Origin: an uncultured Streptococcus sp.
GTDB taxonomy: Bacteria; Bacillota; Bacilli; Lactobacillales; Streptococcaceae
DNA: 64,000 bases
Assembly: GCF_963516515.1 (NCBI RefSeq)
Contig: NZ_CAUQCJ010000003.1
Location: 1,722-65,721, forward strand
Direction: 5' to 3'
Shown piece by piece: positions 50,509-64,000 of the stretch (its first letter is position 1; every line of letters begins with the position of its first letter). The position numbers and the translations under genes are program-made. The notes under the pieces were generated by a model, which was not told the DNA's origin, searched no databases, and worked only from the letters and a program-made list of their open reading frames with translations.

Positions 50509-51222
50509 ATGGAAGAAAGTATCAATCCAACCATCAATATTGGTCCTGTTACCTTTGATTTAACTTTGACAGCCTTGACTTTGCTGTCTGTGTTTCTGAT
50601 TTTTGCATTTATCTATTGGGCAAGTCGTAATATGGCCTTGAAACCCAAAGGTAAACAAAATGTACTAGAGTATCTCTATGATTTTGTAATTGGATTTACA
50701 GAACCTAACCTTGGTTCCCACTACATGAAAGATTACTCACTCTTTTACTTATGCTTATTTCTTTTTATGGTCATCGCCAATAATCTTGGTTTGATGGCTA
50801 AACTTCAAACAACAGATGGAACAAACCTTTGGACATCGCCAACTGCAAATCTTTCATTTGACCTTGTCTTGTCTTTCTGTATTATTGTGATGGCGCACAT
50901 TGAGGGGATTCGTCGTCGTGGGATTAAACAATACCTAAAAGGTTTTGTAACTCCTGCATTTATGACACCGATGAATCTACTTGAAGAAGTCACGAATTTC
51001 CTTTCTCTTGCTTTGCGGATTTTTGGGAATATCTTTGCAGGTGAAGTAATGACAAGCTTGCTTCTTGTACTTTCACATCAGGCTATTTTTTGGTATCCAA
51101 TCGCATTTGGGACAAACTTAGTTTGGACTGCATTTTCCGTGTTCATTTCTTGTGTACAGGCCTATGTCTTTACACTATTATCCTCTATGTACCTAGGAAA
51201 TAAAATTAATGATGAAGAGTAG
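50509..51222 (+). CDS. atpB: F0F1 ATP synthase subunit a
   Basis: [25 protein letters not shown]. Confidence 0.96.
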   Translation: MEESINPTINIGPVTFDLTLTALTLLSVFLIFAFIYWASRNMALKPKGKQNVLEYLYDFVIGFTEPNLGSHYMKDYSLFYLCLFLFMVIANNLGLMAKLQTTDGTNLWTSPTANLSFDLVLSFCIIVMAHIEGIRRRGIKQYLKGFVTPAFMTPMNLLEEVTNFLSLALRIFGNIFAGEVMTSLLLVLSHQAIFWYPIAFGTNLVWTAFSVFISCVQAYVFTLLSSMYLGNKINDEE

Positions 51223-51235
51223 AAAGGAGTAACTG

Positions 51236-51729
51236 ATGCACGTAACAGTAGGTGAATTAATTGGTAATTTTATTTTAATCGCTGGCTCTTTTATCCTTTT
51301 GCTAGTCTTGATTAAAAAATTTGCATGGTCTAATATTACAAGCATTTTCGAAGAAAGAGCTGAAAAAATTGCTTCAGATATTGACAGAGCTGAAGAAGCA
51401 CGTCAAAAAGCAGAAGTATTGGCTCAAAAACGCGAAGATGAATTGGCTGGTAGCCGTAAAGAAGCTAAGACAATCATTGAGAATGCGAAAGAAACAGCTG
51501 AGAAAAGTAAGGCTAGTATTTTAGCAGATGCTAAACTAGAAGCAGGACGCTTAAAAGAAAAAGCAAACCAAGAAATTGCTCAAAACAAAGCTGAAGCTTT
51601 ACAAAGCGTTAAGGGTGAGGTTGCAGATTTGACAATCAGCTTGGCTGGTAAAATCATCTCACAAAACCTTGACGGTCATGCCCATAAAGAACTCATTGAT
51701 CAGTATATCGATCAGCTAGGAGAAGCTTA

Positions 51730-51730
<1 letters not shown>
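51236..51730 (+). CDS. atpF: F0F1 ATP synthase subunit b
   Basis: N-terminal TM plus coiled coil; operon position. Confidence 0.95.
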
Positions 51731-53786
<2,056 letters not shown>

Positions 53787-53801
53787 GAATAGAGGTGTCA
53801 G

Positions 53802-54680
53802 ATGGCAGTATCTCTAAATGATATTAAAACAAAAATCGCCTCAACAAAGAATACGAGTCAAATCACAAATGCCATGCAAATGGTATCAGCTGCTAAGCTA
53901 GGTCGCTCTGAAGAAGCTGCTCGTAACTTCCAAGTTTACGCTCAAAAAGTTCGTAAGCTCTTGACGGATATTCTTCATGGTAATGGAGCTGGTGGTTCAA
54001 CCAATCCGATGTTGATTAGCCGTCCCGTGAAGAAGACAGGCTATATCGTCATCACTTCAGATCGCGGTTTGGTTGGAGGGTATAATTCCTCTATTCTTAA
54101 AGCTGTTATGGAGTTGAAGGAAGAATACCATCCAGACGGTACAGGTTTTGAAATGATCTGTATCGGTGGAATGGGAGCTGATTTCTTTAAAGCTCGTGGT
54201 ATTCAACCACTTTATGAACTACGTGGCTTGGCGGATCAGCCTAGCTTTGATGAAGTTCGTAAGATCATTTCAAAAACTGTTGAAATGTACCAAAATGAAC
54301 TTTTTGATGAGCTCTATGTTTGCTACAACCACCATGTCAATACGCTAACCAGTCAAATGCGTGTGGAGCAAATGCTTCCAATTGTTGACTTGGATCCAAA
54401 TGAAGCGGATGATAGTTACAGCTTGACCTTTGAATTGGAAACTAGCCGAGAAGAAATTTTGGAGCAGTTGTTGCCTCAGTTTGCAGAAAGTATGATTTAC
54501 GGTGCTATTATCGATGCTAAGACAGCTGAAAATGCTGCTGGTATGACAGCCATGCAAACAGCGACAGATAATGCTAAGAAAGTCATCAATGATTTGACAA
54601 TTCAGTATAACCGTGCCAGACAGGCGGCGATTACACAAGAAATTACAGAAATCGTAGCAGGAGCTAGTGCCTTAGAATAG
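53802..54680 (+). CDS. atpG: F0F1 ATP synthase subunit gamma
   Basis: [26 protein letters not shown]. Confidence 0.98.
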   Translation: MAVSLNDIKTKIASTKNTSQITNAMQMVSAAKLGRSEEAARNFQVYAQKVRKLLTDILHGNGAGGSTNPMLISRPVKKTGYIVITSDRGLVGGYNSSILKAVMELKEEYHPDGTGFEMICIGGMGADFFKARGIQPLYELRGLADQPSFDEVRKIISKTVEMYQNELFDELYVCYNHHVNTLTSQMRVEQMLPIVDLDPNEADDSYSLTFELETSREEILEQLLPQFAESMIYGAIIDAKTAENAAGMTAMQTATDNAKKVINDLTIQYNRARQAAITQEITEIVAGASALE

Positions 54681-54756
54681 GCTCTAGTCCAGCTCGTATG
54701 AAAATGAACTTAGGACCTAGTTGAGCTAGGAACCGACAGTATCTTATATAGAATAG

Positions 54757-56172
<1,416 letters not shown>

Positions 56173-56182
56173 GAGGTGATCT

Positions 56183-56602
56183 ATGGCTCAGTTAACTGTC
56201 CAGATCGTGACACCAGATGGTCTCGTCTATGATCACCATGCCAGCTATGTATCAGTTCGAACTCTGGATGGTGAGATGGGGATCTTGCCACGACATGAAA
56301 ATATGATTGCGGTTTTAGCAGTTGATGAAGTAAAGGTAAAACGTATTGATGATGAAGATCACGTGAACTGGATTGCAGTAAACGGAGGCGTTATTGAAAT
56401 TGCCAATAATACCATCACAATCGTTGCTGATTCTGCAGAACGTGCTCGTGATATCGATGTTAGCCGTGCAGAACGTGCTAAGCTTCGTGCGGAGCGCGAA
56501 ATCGAAGAAGCCCACGAAAAACACTTGATTGACCAAGAGCGTCGTGCTAAGATTGCTTTGCAACGTGCTATTAATCGTATTAATGTCGGAAAAAGACTAT
56601 AA
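56183..56602 (+). CDS. atpC: F0F1 ATP synthase subunit epsilon
   Basis: [15 protein letters not shown]. Confidence 0.97.
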   Translation: MAQLTVQIVTPDGLVYDHHASYVSVRTLDGEMGILPRHENMIAVLAVDEVKVKRIDDEDHVNWIAVNGGVIEIANNTITIVADSAERARDIDVSRAERAKLRAEREIEEAHEKHLIDQERRAKIALQRAINRINVGKRL

Positions 56603-56603
56603 G

Positions 56604-56638
56604 AAAAAATGAACTTGAGTTACCAAGTTCATTTTTTT
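56604..56638. terminator. Bidirectional terminator after the atp operon
   Basis: AAAAAATGAACTTG...CAAGTTCATTTTTT. Confidence 0.88.
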
Positions 56639-56646
56639 ATGTTTTC

Positions 56647-57660
56647 TTAAGGAGCAAAACTGATGCAGACTGCTTCTGGTACATGGAAGTCGTTAGAAAG
56701 TTCTGCTAGACGACCAGTTTCAGGATTGCGTTTAAAGACGGTTGCATTGTCAGAGTCTTGATGGACAGCAATGACAAATTCTTGGTCTGGTGTCAAATCA
56801 AAATCACGTGGAGTCTGACCATGAGTCGGAACGATTTCTAACAACTCTAAGCTACCGTCCGCAAGGATTGTATATACTGCGATAGAATCATGGCCACGGT
56901 TAGAAGCGTAGAGGTACTTCCCATCTTTAGAGAGACGAATAGCAGCAGTACCATTAAAGCCTTCATAACCGTCTGGTAGAGTTGAAATGACCTGCATGCG
57001 TTCAAATTCGCCAACACCATCGTAGATTAAAACTTCGATAGTGCTATTGAGTTCACAAATGAGATAAGCGATTTTATAGTGGTTATGGAAAACGATATGA
57101 CGAGAACCAGCTCCAGGAATACTATTGTAGGTATAGAGCTTAGATAATTTCCCTTCTTGATCAAGGTCATAAGTGATGACTTGGTCAGTTCCCAAGTCGC
57201 AGGTCACTAGATAGTGGTCAGGTGTTAAGTCTGTAAAGTGAACATGGGGTGAAGCTTGATTCTCATGTGGACCTTGGCCACTGTGTTGATCCACATCACT
57301 AAGTAGAAGACTACCATCTCCCTGACGTTTATAAACAAGAACCTGTCCCTTGTGGTAGTTGGCTGCGTAAACCAAATCACGCTTTTCATCAACAGAAACA
57401 TAACAGTGGGGAGCTCCTTCTTCAACGACATGATTTAATAAGGTTCCGTCAGTTTGATAGGCTGCAATGCCCCCCTTGTCATCCTGACTACCAACGGTGT
57501 ATAGATGTTGCTTCTGGTCAAAAGCAAGATAGGTTGGACTTGGTTCAGGAGCAAAAAGTTCTAAATTAGCAAGCTGCCCAGTTTCTGTATCAAAGTCTGC
57601 CTTGTAAATCCCTTGGGAAGTACGACGTGTATAAGTTCCAAAATAAACAGTTTCTTTCAT
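56647..57660 (-). CDS. pgl: Lactonase family (6-phosphogluconolactonase, beta-propeller)
   Basis: YFGTYT, ANY, PHVH, GAGSRH, ASNRGHDS, PRDF. Confidence 0.85.
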   Translation of the reverse strand: MKETVYFGTYTRRTSQGIYKADFDTETGQLANLELFAPEPSPTYLAFDQKQHLYTVGSQDDKGGIAAYQTDGTLLNHVVEEGAPHCYVSVDEKRDLVYAANYHKGQVLVYKRQGDGSLLLSDVDQHSGQGPHENQASPHVHFTDLTPDHYLVTCDLGTDQVITYDLDQEGKLSKLYTYNSIPGAGSRHIVFHNHYKIAYLICELNSTIEVLIYDGVGEFERMQVISTLPDGYEGFNGTAAIRLSKDGKYLYASNRGHDSIAVYTILADGSLELLEIVPTHGQTPRDFDLTPDQEFVIAVHQDSDNATVFKRNPETGRLAELSNDFHVPEAVCISFAP

Positions 57661-57820
57661 GACTATACCTCTTTATAAAGATAAGACTATTATATCACAA
57701 AAACTGTAGTTGGAGGAACTCTATAACACATAGATGTGTATAATAAAATATCAAATTTAGCTTGATTTCCTTTTGAAAAGTGCTATAATAATCCTATACA
57801 AATTGCAAAGGAGTTTTTTT

Positions 57821-59803
57821 ATGAAAAAACGTGTTTTCTTAGCAGCTGGAGTTGCTGTACTCTCAGCAGCTGTTCTAGCAGCTTGTTCATCTGGTAATGG
57901 GAATAAAGAAGCAACTAAACCAGTTACTTATGCCTATGTATTTTCATCAGATCCTGCGAGTCTGGATTATACAGTTGCTGGGCAAAAGTCTACAAAACAG
58001 ATTACTGGTAATGTCATTGATGGACTACTGGAAAATGATCAATACGGGAATCTAGTACCATCAGTTGCAGAAGATTGGACGGTTTCCAAAGATGGTTTGA
58101 CCTATACCTATAAAATTCGTAAGGGTATCAAGTGGTATACCAATGAAGGCGAAGAATATGGGGAAGTTAAGGCTCAGGATTTTGTGACTGGTCTAAAACA
58201 CGCAGCTGACAAGAAATCAGAAGGACTTTATCTTGTACAGGATTCTATTAAAGGATTAGATGACTATGTAAATGGGAAAACAACGGATTTTTCTACTGTT
58301 GGTGTAAAAGCAACAGACGATTATACTGTAGTCTATACTTTAAACCATCCAGAATCTTTCTGGAATTCGAAGACAACAATGGGAGTTCTTGCTCCTGTTA
58401 GCGAAGACTTTTTAGCTTCTAAAGGAGATGACTTTGGTAAGGCGACTGATGTAACAAGCATTCTATACAATGGGGCTTATCTTCTCACAGGTCTTACATC
58501 TAAATCTTCTATTGAAATGACCAAAAACCAAAACTATTGGGATAAACAAAATGTCTTTATTGATGATATTAAGTTGTCTTACTTTGATGGTCAGGATGCA
58601 GACTCTCTTGGACGTGGTTTTGATGAAGGAAATTATCCTGCAGCACCTCTCTTTAAAAACTCTGCTAACTATGAACGGCTAAAAGAAAAATACAAAGATA
58701 ACATTATTTATAGTCAACAACAAGGAACTACTTTCTATATTTCGACTAATATTGACCGTGTTGCCTACAATCACACCTCTAAAACAAGTGATGCAGAAAA
58801 AACATCTACTAAGAAGGCCTTGCTGAACAAAGATTTCCGTCAATCCTTGGCTTTTGCTACAGATCGTAAAGCAGGAATCTCTCAAGTATTTGGGGACGAA
58901 GTAGCACCGCGTAAATTACGTACAAGTTTAACACCTCCAACATTTGTACAAGTAGGAGAGCAGTCATTTGGGCAAGTAGCTAAGGCAGAATTGGATAAAT
59001 TAGATGGTGTATGGAAAGATGTCAGTCTTGATGATGCCCAGGATTCACTTCATAATGTAGATAAGGCTAAAGCTAAATTGGAAGCTGCCAAGAAAACTCT
59101 TCAAGCTGATGGAGTACAGTTCCCTATTCATTTAGATATTCCAGTATCTTCTACTCGTCCACAGTTTGTGCGTCAATATCAATCTTATAAACAATCTATC
59201 GAGGAAGCTCTTGGATCAGATAATGTTATAGTTGATATTCAACAAGTTTCTGATGATGAATTGGCAAGTATGACGGTTCTAGCTACTTCTAATACCAATA
59301 CTGACTGGGATATTAATGCAAATAGTGGATGGGGGCCTGATTACGCAGATCCATCAACTTATCTAGATATATTTGATCCAACATCTGGACCAAATCTTCT
59401 TGGTTCCCTAGGTGTAGTACCAGGTAAAGACAGTTCAGCAATCAAAGCGGTTGGGTTAGATAAGTTTAAAGAGTTAATCACGGATGCTAATAGTGAGAAA
59501 ACAGATCTTGAAAAACGATATTCTAAATATGCCAAAGCTCAAGCTTGGTTAACAGACAGTGCCTTGGTTATTCCTGCACAGTCAGACGGTGCCCAAATGC
59601 TCGTAACGAAGAAAGTTCTAGGTACTGGTGCAGATGGCTGGGTAGGTGATAAGACTGGTGAACTTAGCTATAAATACCTTAAAATCCAAGATAAGATTGT
59701 CACTACTAAAGAAATGGATGAGTTCCGCAAGAAATTTGCTGAAGAAAAAGCCAAATCAAACGCAGATTATCAGAAGAACTTAGAACGTCATATTCAAGAC
59801 TAA
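57821..59803 (+). CDS. Oligopeptide ABC substrate-binding lipoprotein (AmiA/AliA/AliB family), stand-alone
   Basis: Lipobox LAAC; DGLLENDQYGNLVPSVAEDW, WGPDYADPSTYLDIF; start placed at MKKRVFL. Confidence 0.92.
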   Translation: MKKRVFLAAGVAVLSAAVLAACSSGNGNKEATKPVTYAYVFSSDPASLDYTVAGQKSTKQITGNVIDGLLENDQYGNLVPSVAEDWTVSKDGLTYTYKIRKGIKWYTNEGEEYGEVKAQDFVTGLKHAADKKSEGLYLVQDSIKGLDDYVNGKTTDFSTVGVKATDDYTVVYTLNHPESFWNSKTTMGVLAPVSEDFLASKGDDFGKATDVTSILYNGAYLLTGLTSKSSIEMTKNQNYWDKQNVFIDDIKLSYFDGQDADSLGRGFDEGNYPAAPLFKNSANYERLKEKYKDNIIYSQQQGTTFYISTNIDRVAYNHTSKTSDAEKTSTKKALLNKDFRQSLAFATDRKAGISQVFGDEVAPRKLRTSLTPPTFVQVGEQSFGQVAKAELDKLDGVWKDVSLDDAQDSLHNVDKAKAKLEAAKKTLQADGVQFPIHLDIPVSSTRPQFVRQYQSYKQSIEEALGSDNVIVDIQQVSDDELASMTVLATSNTNTDWDINANSGWGPDYADPSTYLDIFDPTSGPNLLGSLGVVPGKDSSAIKAVGLDKFKELITDANSEKTDLEKRYSKYAKAQAWLTDSALVIPAQSDGAQMLVTKKVLGTGADGWVGDKTGELSYKYLKIQDKIVTTKEMDEFRKKFAEEKAKSNADYQKNLERHIQD

Positions 59804-59920
59804 TCGAATCTCCTCTTTTGAGGGGATTTTTTATGTCTCTGTCTCCATGTAAGCACTTTAAAAAAGAGTTATTTTGATTTAAAAATGGTATAATGGGAGA
59901 ACAATAGAAAGGAAGTATTT

Positions 59921-61087
59921 ATGGAACAAAAAGAGAAACATTTTAGCCTATCTTGGTTTTTCAAGTGGTTTTTGGATAACAAGGCAATTACGGTATTTTT
60001 GGTCACCTTATTATTGGGACTGAATCTTTTTATTTTAAGTAAGATTAGTTTTCTATTTTCACCTGTTTTAGACTTTTTAGCAGTTGTGATGTTACCAGTC
60101 ATTCTGTCTGGCCTGCTATATTATTTATTAAATCCTATTGTTGATTGGATGGAAAAACACAAAGTTAATCGTGTCATCGCAATCAGTATTGTCTTTGTGA
60201 TTATCGCCATCTTTATCATTTGGGGATTGGCAGTCGCTATTCCAAATCTGCAGCGTCAGGTCTTAACATTTGCAAGAAATGTCCCAATCTACCTTGAAGA
60301 TGCAGACAGAGTTATTAATGATTTGGTAACCAAGCGTTTGCCAGATGATTTCAGACCTCAATTAGAGCAAGTTTTAACAAACTTCTCTAGTCAGGCTACA
60401 GTTTGGGCAAGTAAGGTTTCATCTCAGGCAGTCAACTGGGTGAGTGCCTTTATTAGCGGGGCTTCTCAAGTAATTGTTGCCTTGATTATCGTTCCTTTCA
60501 TGCTCTTTTATCTCTTGCGTGATGGGAAAGGCTTGCGTAACTATTTGACTCAATTCATGCCGATGAAATTGAAGGAGCCTGTAGGACAGGTTCTGTCAGA
60601 TGTGAATCAACAGTTGTCCAACTATGTTCGAGGGCAAGTAACAGTGGCTATTATTGTAGCAGTAATGTTTATCATCTTTTTCAAGATTATCGGTCTACGC
60701 TATGCGGTTACGCTGGGTGTTACTGCTGGTATTTTAAATCTGGTTCCTTATCTTGGTAGCTTTCTAGCCATGCTTCCTGCTCTAGTATTGGGCTTGATTG
60801 CTGGGCCAGTCATGCTTTTGAAAGTAGTGATTGTCTTTATCGTAGAACAAACTATTGAAGGCCGTTTTGTCTCTCCATTGATTTTGGGAAGTCAATTAAA
60901 CATCCATCCCATTAATGTTCTCTTTGTTTTGTTAACTTCAGGATCCATGTTTGGTATTTGGGGAGTCTTACTCGGTATTCCAGTTTATGCCTCTGCTAAG
61001 GTTGTCATTTCAGCGATTTTTGAATGGTATAAGGTAGTTAGTGGCCTATATGAACTAGAGGGAGAGGAAGTCAAGAGTGAACAATAG
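59921..61087 (+). CDS. AI-2E family transporter
   Basis: YLLNPIV, YVRGQ, NLVPYLG, EGRFVSPLILG, IHP. Confidence 0.9.
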   Translation: MEQKEKHFSLSWFFKWFLDNKAITVFLVTLLLGLNLFILSKISFLFSPVLDFLAVVMLPVILSGLLYYLLNPIVDWMEKHKVNRVIAISIVFVIIAIFIIWGLAVAIPNLQRQVLTFARNVPIYLEDADRVINDLVTKRLPDDFRPQLEQVLTNFSSQATVWASKVSSQAVNWVSAFISGASQVIVALIIVPFMLFYLLRDGKGLRNYLTQFMPMKLKEPVGQVLSDVNQQLSNYVRGQVTVAIIVAVMFIIFFKIIGLRYAVTLGVTAGILNLVPYLGSFLAMLPALVLGLIAGPVMLLKVVIVFIVEQTIEGRFVSPLILGSQLNIHPINVLFVLLTSGSMFGIWGVLLGIPVYASAKVVISAIFEWYKVVSGLYELEGEEVKSEQ

Positions 61088-62306
61088 TCAACAGATGTTA
61101 CAGGCTTTGGAAGAGCAAGATTTAATCAAGGCTGAGCGTTATTTCGTCAAAGCTTTAGAAAATGATTCAAGTGACCTTCTGTATGAGTTAGCTACTTATC
61201 TTGAAGGGATTGGTTTTTATCCTCAGGCCAAGGAAATTTATCTGAAAATTGTAGAGGATTTTCCAGAGGTTCATCTTAATCTAGCAGCCATTGCTAGCGA
61301 GGATGGTCAAATCGAAGAAGCTTTTGCTTACCTAGAGGAAATCCAAGCTGACAGTGACTGGTATGTTTCTGCTTTGGCTCTGAAAGCAGACCTTTACCAG
61401 ATGGAAGGTTTGACAGATGTGGCGCGTGAAAAACTGCTGGAGGCTTTGACCTACTCAGAAGATCCTCTCTTGATATTGGGATTAGCAGAGTTGGATAGTG
61501 AGTTGGAAAATTACCAAGAGGCTATTCAAGGCTATGCCCAGTTAGATAATCGTACTATTTATGAGCAAACAGGCATTTCTACCTATCAACGAATTGGCTT
61601 TGCCTATGCCCAGTTGGGTAAATTTGAAACGGCCACAGAGTTTTTAGAAAAAGCCCTAGAGTTAGAATACGATGACCTAACGGCTTTTGAGTTGGCCAGT
61701 CTTTACTTTGATCAAGAAGAATACCAAAAAGCTGTCCTCTACTTTAAGCAGATAGATACCATTTCTCCTGACTTTGAAGGCTATGAGTATGGCTATAGTC
61801 AGGCTTTGCATAAGGAGCATCAAGTTCAAGAAGCCCTGCGTATCGCTCAGCAAGGTTTGGAGAAAAATCCCTTTGAAACTCGCCTTTTGCTGGCTGCTTC
61901 ACAATTCTCCTATGAACTTCATGATGCTAGTGGTGCAGAAGATTATCTCCTTACTGCAAAAGAAGACGCTGAGGATACAGAAGAAATCTTGCTTCGTTTG
62001 GCTACTATTTATCTGGAGCAGGAGCGTTATGAGGATATTCTAGACTTGCAAAGCGAGGAGCCAGAAAATCTCTTGACCAAGTGGATGATTGCTCGCTCTT
62101 ATCAAGAAATGGACGATTTGGATACCGCCTATGAGCATTACCAAGAGTTGGCAGGAGATTTGAAGGACAATCCAGAATTTCTGGAACACTATATCTATCT
62201 CTTGCATGAATTGGGCTACTTTGAGGAAGCAAAAGTCAATGCCCAAGCTTACTTAAAACTGGTTCCAGATGATGTACAAATGCAAGAATTGTATGAAAGA
62301 CTTTAG
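61077..62306 (+). CDS. Tetratricopeptide repeat protein
   Basis: Acidic helical TPR-like repeats; GTG start overlapping the upstream gene. Confidence 0.85.
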   Translation: MNNSQQMLQALEEQDLIKAERYFVKALENDSSDLLYELATYLEGIGFYPQAKEIYLKIVEDFPEVHLNLAAIASEDGQIEEAFAYLEEIQADSDWYVSALALKADLYQMEGLTDVAREKLLEALTYSEDPLLILGLAELDSELENYQEAIQGYAQLDNRTIYEQTGISTYQRIGFAYAQLGKFETATEFLEKALELEYDDLTAFELASLYFDQEEYQKAVLYFKQIDTISPDFEGYEYGYSQALHKEHQVQEALRIAQQGLEKNPFETRLLLAASQFSYELHDASGAEDYLLTAKEDAEDTEEILLRLATIYLEQERYEDILDLQSEEPENLLTKWMIARSYQEMDDLDTAYEHYQELAGDLKDNPEFLEHYIYLLHELGYFEEAKVNAQAYLKLVPDDVQMQELYERL

Positions 62307-62452
62307 GAATAAAATGATTTAAAGCTATATCTTATCAATTTTGAAAGATATAGTTTTTATTTTTGTTAACAATGTAATTTTTTTTATAAAAATAGTTGTA
62401 ATTTAGTTTATGTATGCTATAATAGGGACAATTATTTTAAGGAGGTGTCAGT

Positions 62453-63094
62453 ATGTCTTATTTATTTGAGATATTACCGAGTTTATTGAGCGGTGCAAGC
62501 ATGACTTTACAGGTTTTTGCACTGGTCTTGATTTTTTCTATTCCCTTGGGCGTTTTGATTGCCTTTGCCTTGCAAGTCCATTGGAAGCCCCTCCATCATC
62601 TGATTAACATTTATATTTGGATTATGCGGGGGACACCCTTGCTCTTGCAATTGATCTTTATCTATTATGTGCTACCAAGCATTGGGATCCGTTTGGATCG
62701 CCTTCCTGCGGCCATTATTGCCTTTGTTCTCAATTATGCTGCTTACTTTGCTGAAATCTTCCGTGGCGGGATTGATACCATCCCTAAAGGTCAATATGAG
62801 GCTGCTAAGGTCTTGAAGTTTAGTCCTTTTGACACAGTGCGCTATATTATCTTGCCTCAGGTGACCAAGATTGTTCTCCCTAGTGTATTTAATGAGGTTA
62901 TGAGTTTGGTCAAGGATACGTCTCTAGTCTACGCTCTAGGAATTTCAGACCTTATCTTAGCAAGCCGAACAGCTGCCAACCGTGATGCCAGCCTTGTTCC
63001 CATGTTCTTGGCAGGAGCCATTTACTTGATTTTGATTGGGATTGTGACAATCATTTCCAAAAAAGTTGAGAAGAAGTACAGTTATTATAGATAG
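62453..63094 (+). CDS. Amino acid ABC transporter permease
   Basis: RGTPLLLQL, AAYFAEIFR, GQYEAA. Confidence 0.92.
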   Translation: MSYLFEILPSLLSGASMTLQVFALVLIFSIPLGVLIAFALQVHWKPLHHLINIYIWIMRGTPLLLQLIFIYYVLPSIGIRLDRLPAAIIAFVLNYAAYFAEIFRGGIDTIPKGQYEAAKVLKFSPFDTVRYIILPQVTKIVLPSVFNEVMSLVKDTSLVYALGISDLILASRTAANRDASLVPMFLAGAIYLILIGIVTIISKKVEKKYSYYR

Positions 63095-63103
63095 GAGGTT
63101 GAC

Positions 63104-63733
63104 ATGTTAGAATTACGAAATATCAATAAGAAATTCGGAGACAAACGAATCCTGTCTGATTTCAGTCTAAGTATTCCTGAAAAGCAAATCCTAGCTATCG
63201 TTGGGCCTTCTGGTGGAGGTAAGACGACTCTCTTACGCATGCTTGCAGGTCTTGAAACCATTGATTCAGGTCAAATCTTTTATAATGGAGAACCCTTAGA
63301 ATTGGATGAATTGGAGAAGCGAAATCTACTGGGATTTGTATTCCAAGATTTTCAACTTTTTCCTCATTTGTCAGTTTTAGACAATTTGACCTTATCGCCT
63401 GTGAAAACAATGGGAATGAAGCAGGAAGAGGCAGAGAAGAAGGCGCGTGGACTCTTGGAACAGTTAGGATTAGCAGGGCACGCAGATGCTTATCCATTCT
63501 CACTATCAGGTGGGCAAAAACAGCGAGTGGCTTTGGCACGTGCTATGATGATTGATCCAGAAATCATTGGTTACGATGAACCAACTTCTGCACTGGATCC
63601 AGAATTACGCTTGGAAGTGGAAAAACTAATCTTGCAAAATAGAGAACTAGGCATGACCCAGATTGTGGTTACCCATGATTTACAGTTTGCGGAAAATATT
63701 GCAGATGTATTATTAAAAGTAGAACCTAAATAG
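63104..63733 (+). CDS. Amino acid ABC transporter ATP-binding protein
   Basis: GPSGGGKTT, LSGGQKQR, DEPTSALD. Confidence 0.93.
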   Translation: MLELRNINKKFGDKRILSDFSLSIPEKQILAIVGPSGGGKTTLLRMLAGLETIDSGQIFYNGEPLELDELEKRNLLGFVFQDFQLFPHLSVLDNLTLSPVKTMGMKQEEAEKKARGLLEQLGLAGHADAYPFSLSGGQKQRVALARAMMIDPEIIGYDEPTSALDPELRLEVEKLILQNRELGMTQIVVTHDLQFAENIADVLLKVEPK

Positions 63734-63745
63734 GAGGAAAAAGTG

Positions 63746-64000
63746 ATGAAAAAATTGATGCTTATATTAGTCAGTCTAATGACTGCTTTGTTCTTAGTAG
63801 CTTGTGGGAAAAATGTTAGTGAAACTAGTGGAGATAATTGGTCTAAGTACAAGTCTAACAAGTCTATTACTATTGGATTTGATAGTACTTTTGTTCCAAT
63901 GGGATTTGCTCAGAAAGATGGTTCCTATGCAGGATTTGATATTGATTTAGCTACAGCTGTTTTTGAAAAATATGGAATTACGGTAAATTGGCAACCGATT
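63746..64000 (+). CDS. Amino acid ABC substrate-binding lipoprotein, 5' part (truncated by window end; not in ORF track)
   Basis: Hand translation MKKLMLILVSLMTALFLVACGKN...IGFDSTFVPMGF...GFDIDLA; lipobox LVAC; AGGAGG RBS. Confidence 0.9.
   Translation, partial: MKKLMLILVSLMTALFLVACGKNVSETSGDNWSKYKSNKSITIGFDSTFVPMGFAQKDGSYAGFDIDLATAVFEKYGITVNWQPI

Overview
Chromosomal window from a Streptococcus mitis-group organism. It is probably S. mitis or a close relative rather than S. pneumoniae: it has BOX repeats and pneumococcus-like core genes, but also an Nramp/MntH gene and a U32 peptidase gene directly upstream of the atp operon. Most of it is housekeeping: glyQ/glyS, nox, pdxST, trxB, def, tmRNA, tRNA-Ser, fruRKA, ftsK, iscS-like/thiI, guaA, atpEBFHAGDC and ABC transporters. 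There are three accessory-looking segments. (1) An mntH gene between ssrA and tRNA-Ser, whose promoter/operator region is tandemly duplicated. (2) About 8.4 kb between guaA and the U32 gene, with a class I glutamine amidotransferase, a decayed deoD remnant that the ORF track misses, and a 1978-aa YSIRK/LPxTG surface protein with Ig-like and collagen-like repeats. (3) A stand-alone Ami/Ali-type oligopeptide-binding lipoprotein. The best candidate for a poorly described system is the operon divergent from nox: a signal-peptide-less ApbE flavin transferase plus two FMN-reductase-fold proteins, one ending in two DATSGAS flavinylation motifs, which suggests cytosolic covalent flavinylation. Other leads are a structured RNA-like element between glyQ and glyS and an uncharacterised esterase-esterase-ATP-grasp operon. 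No CRISPR array, rRNA, intact transposase or integrase was seen. Comparisons with other genomes are from memory and need database confirmation.
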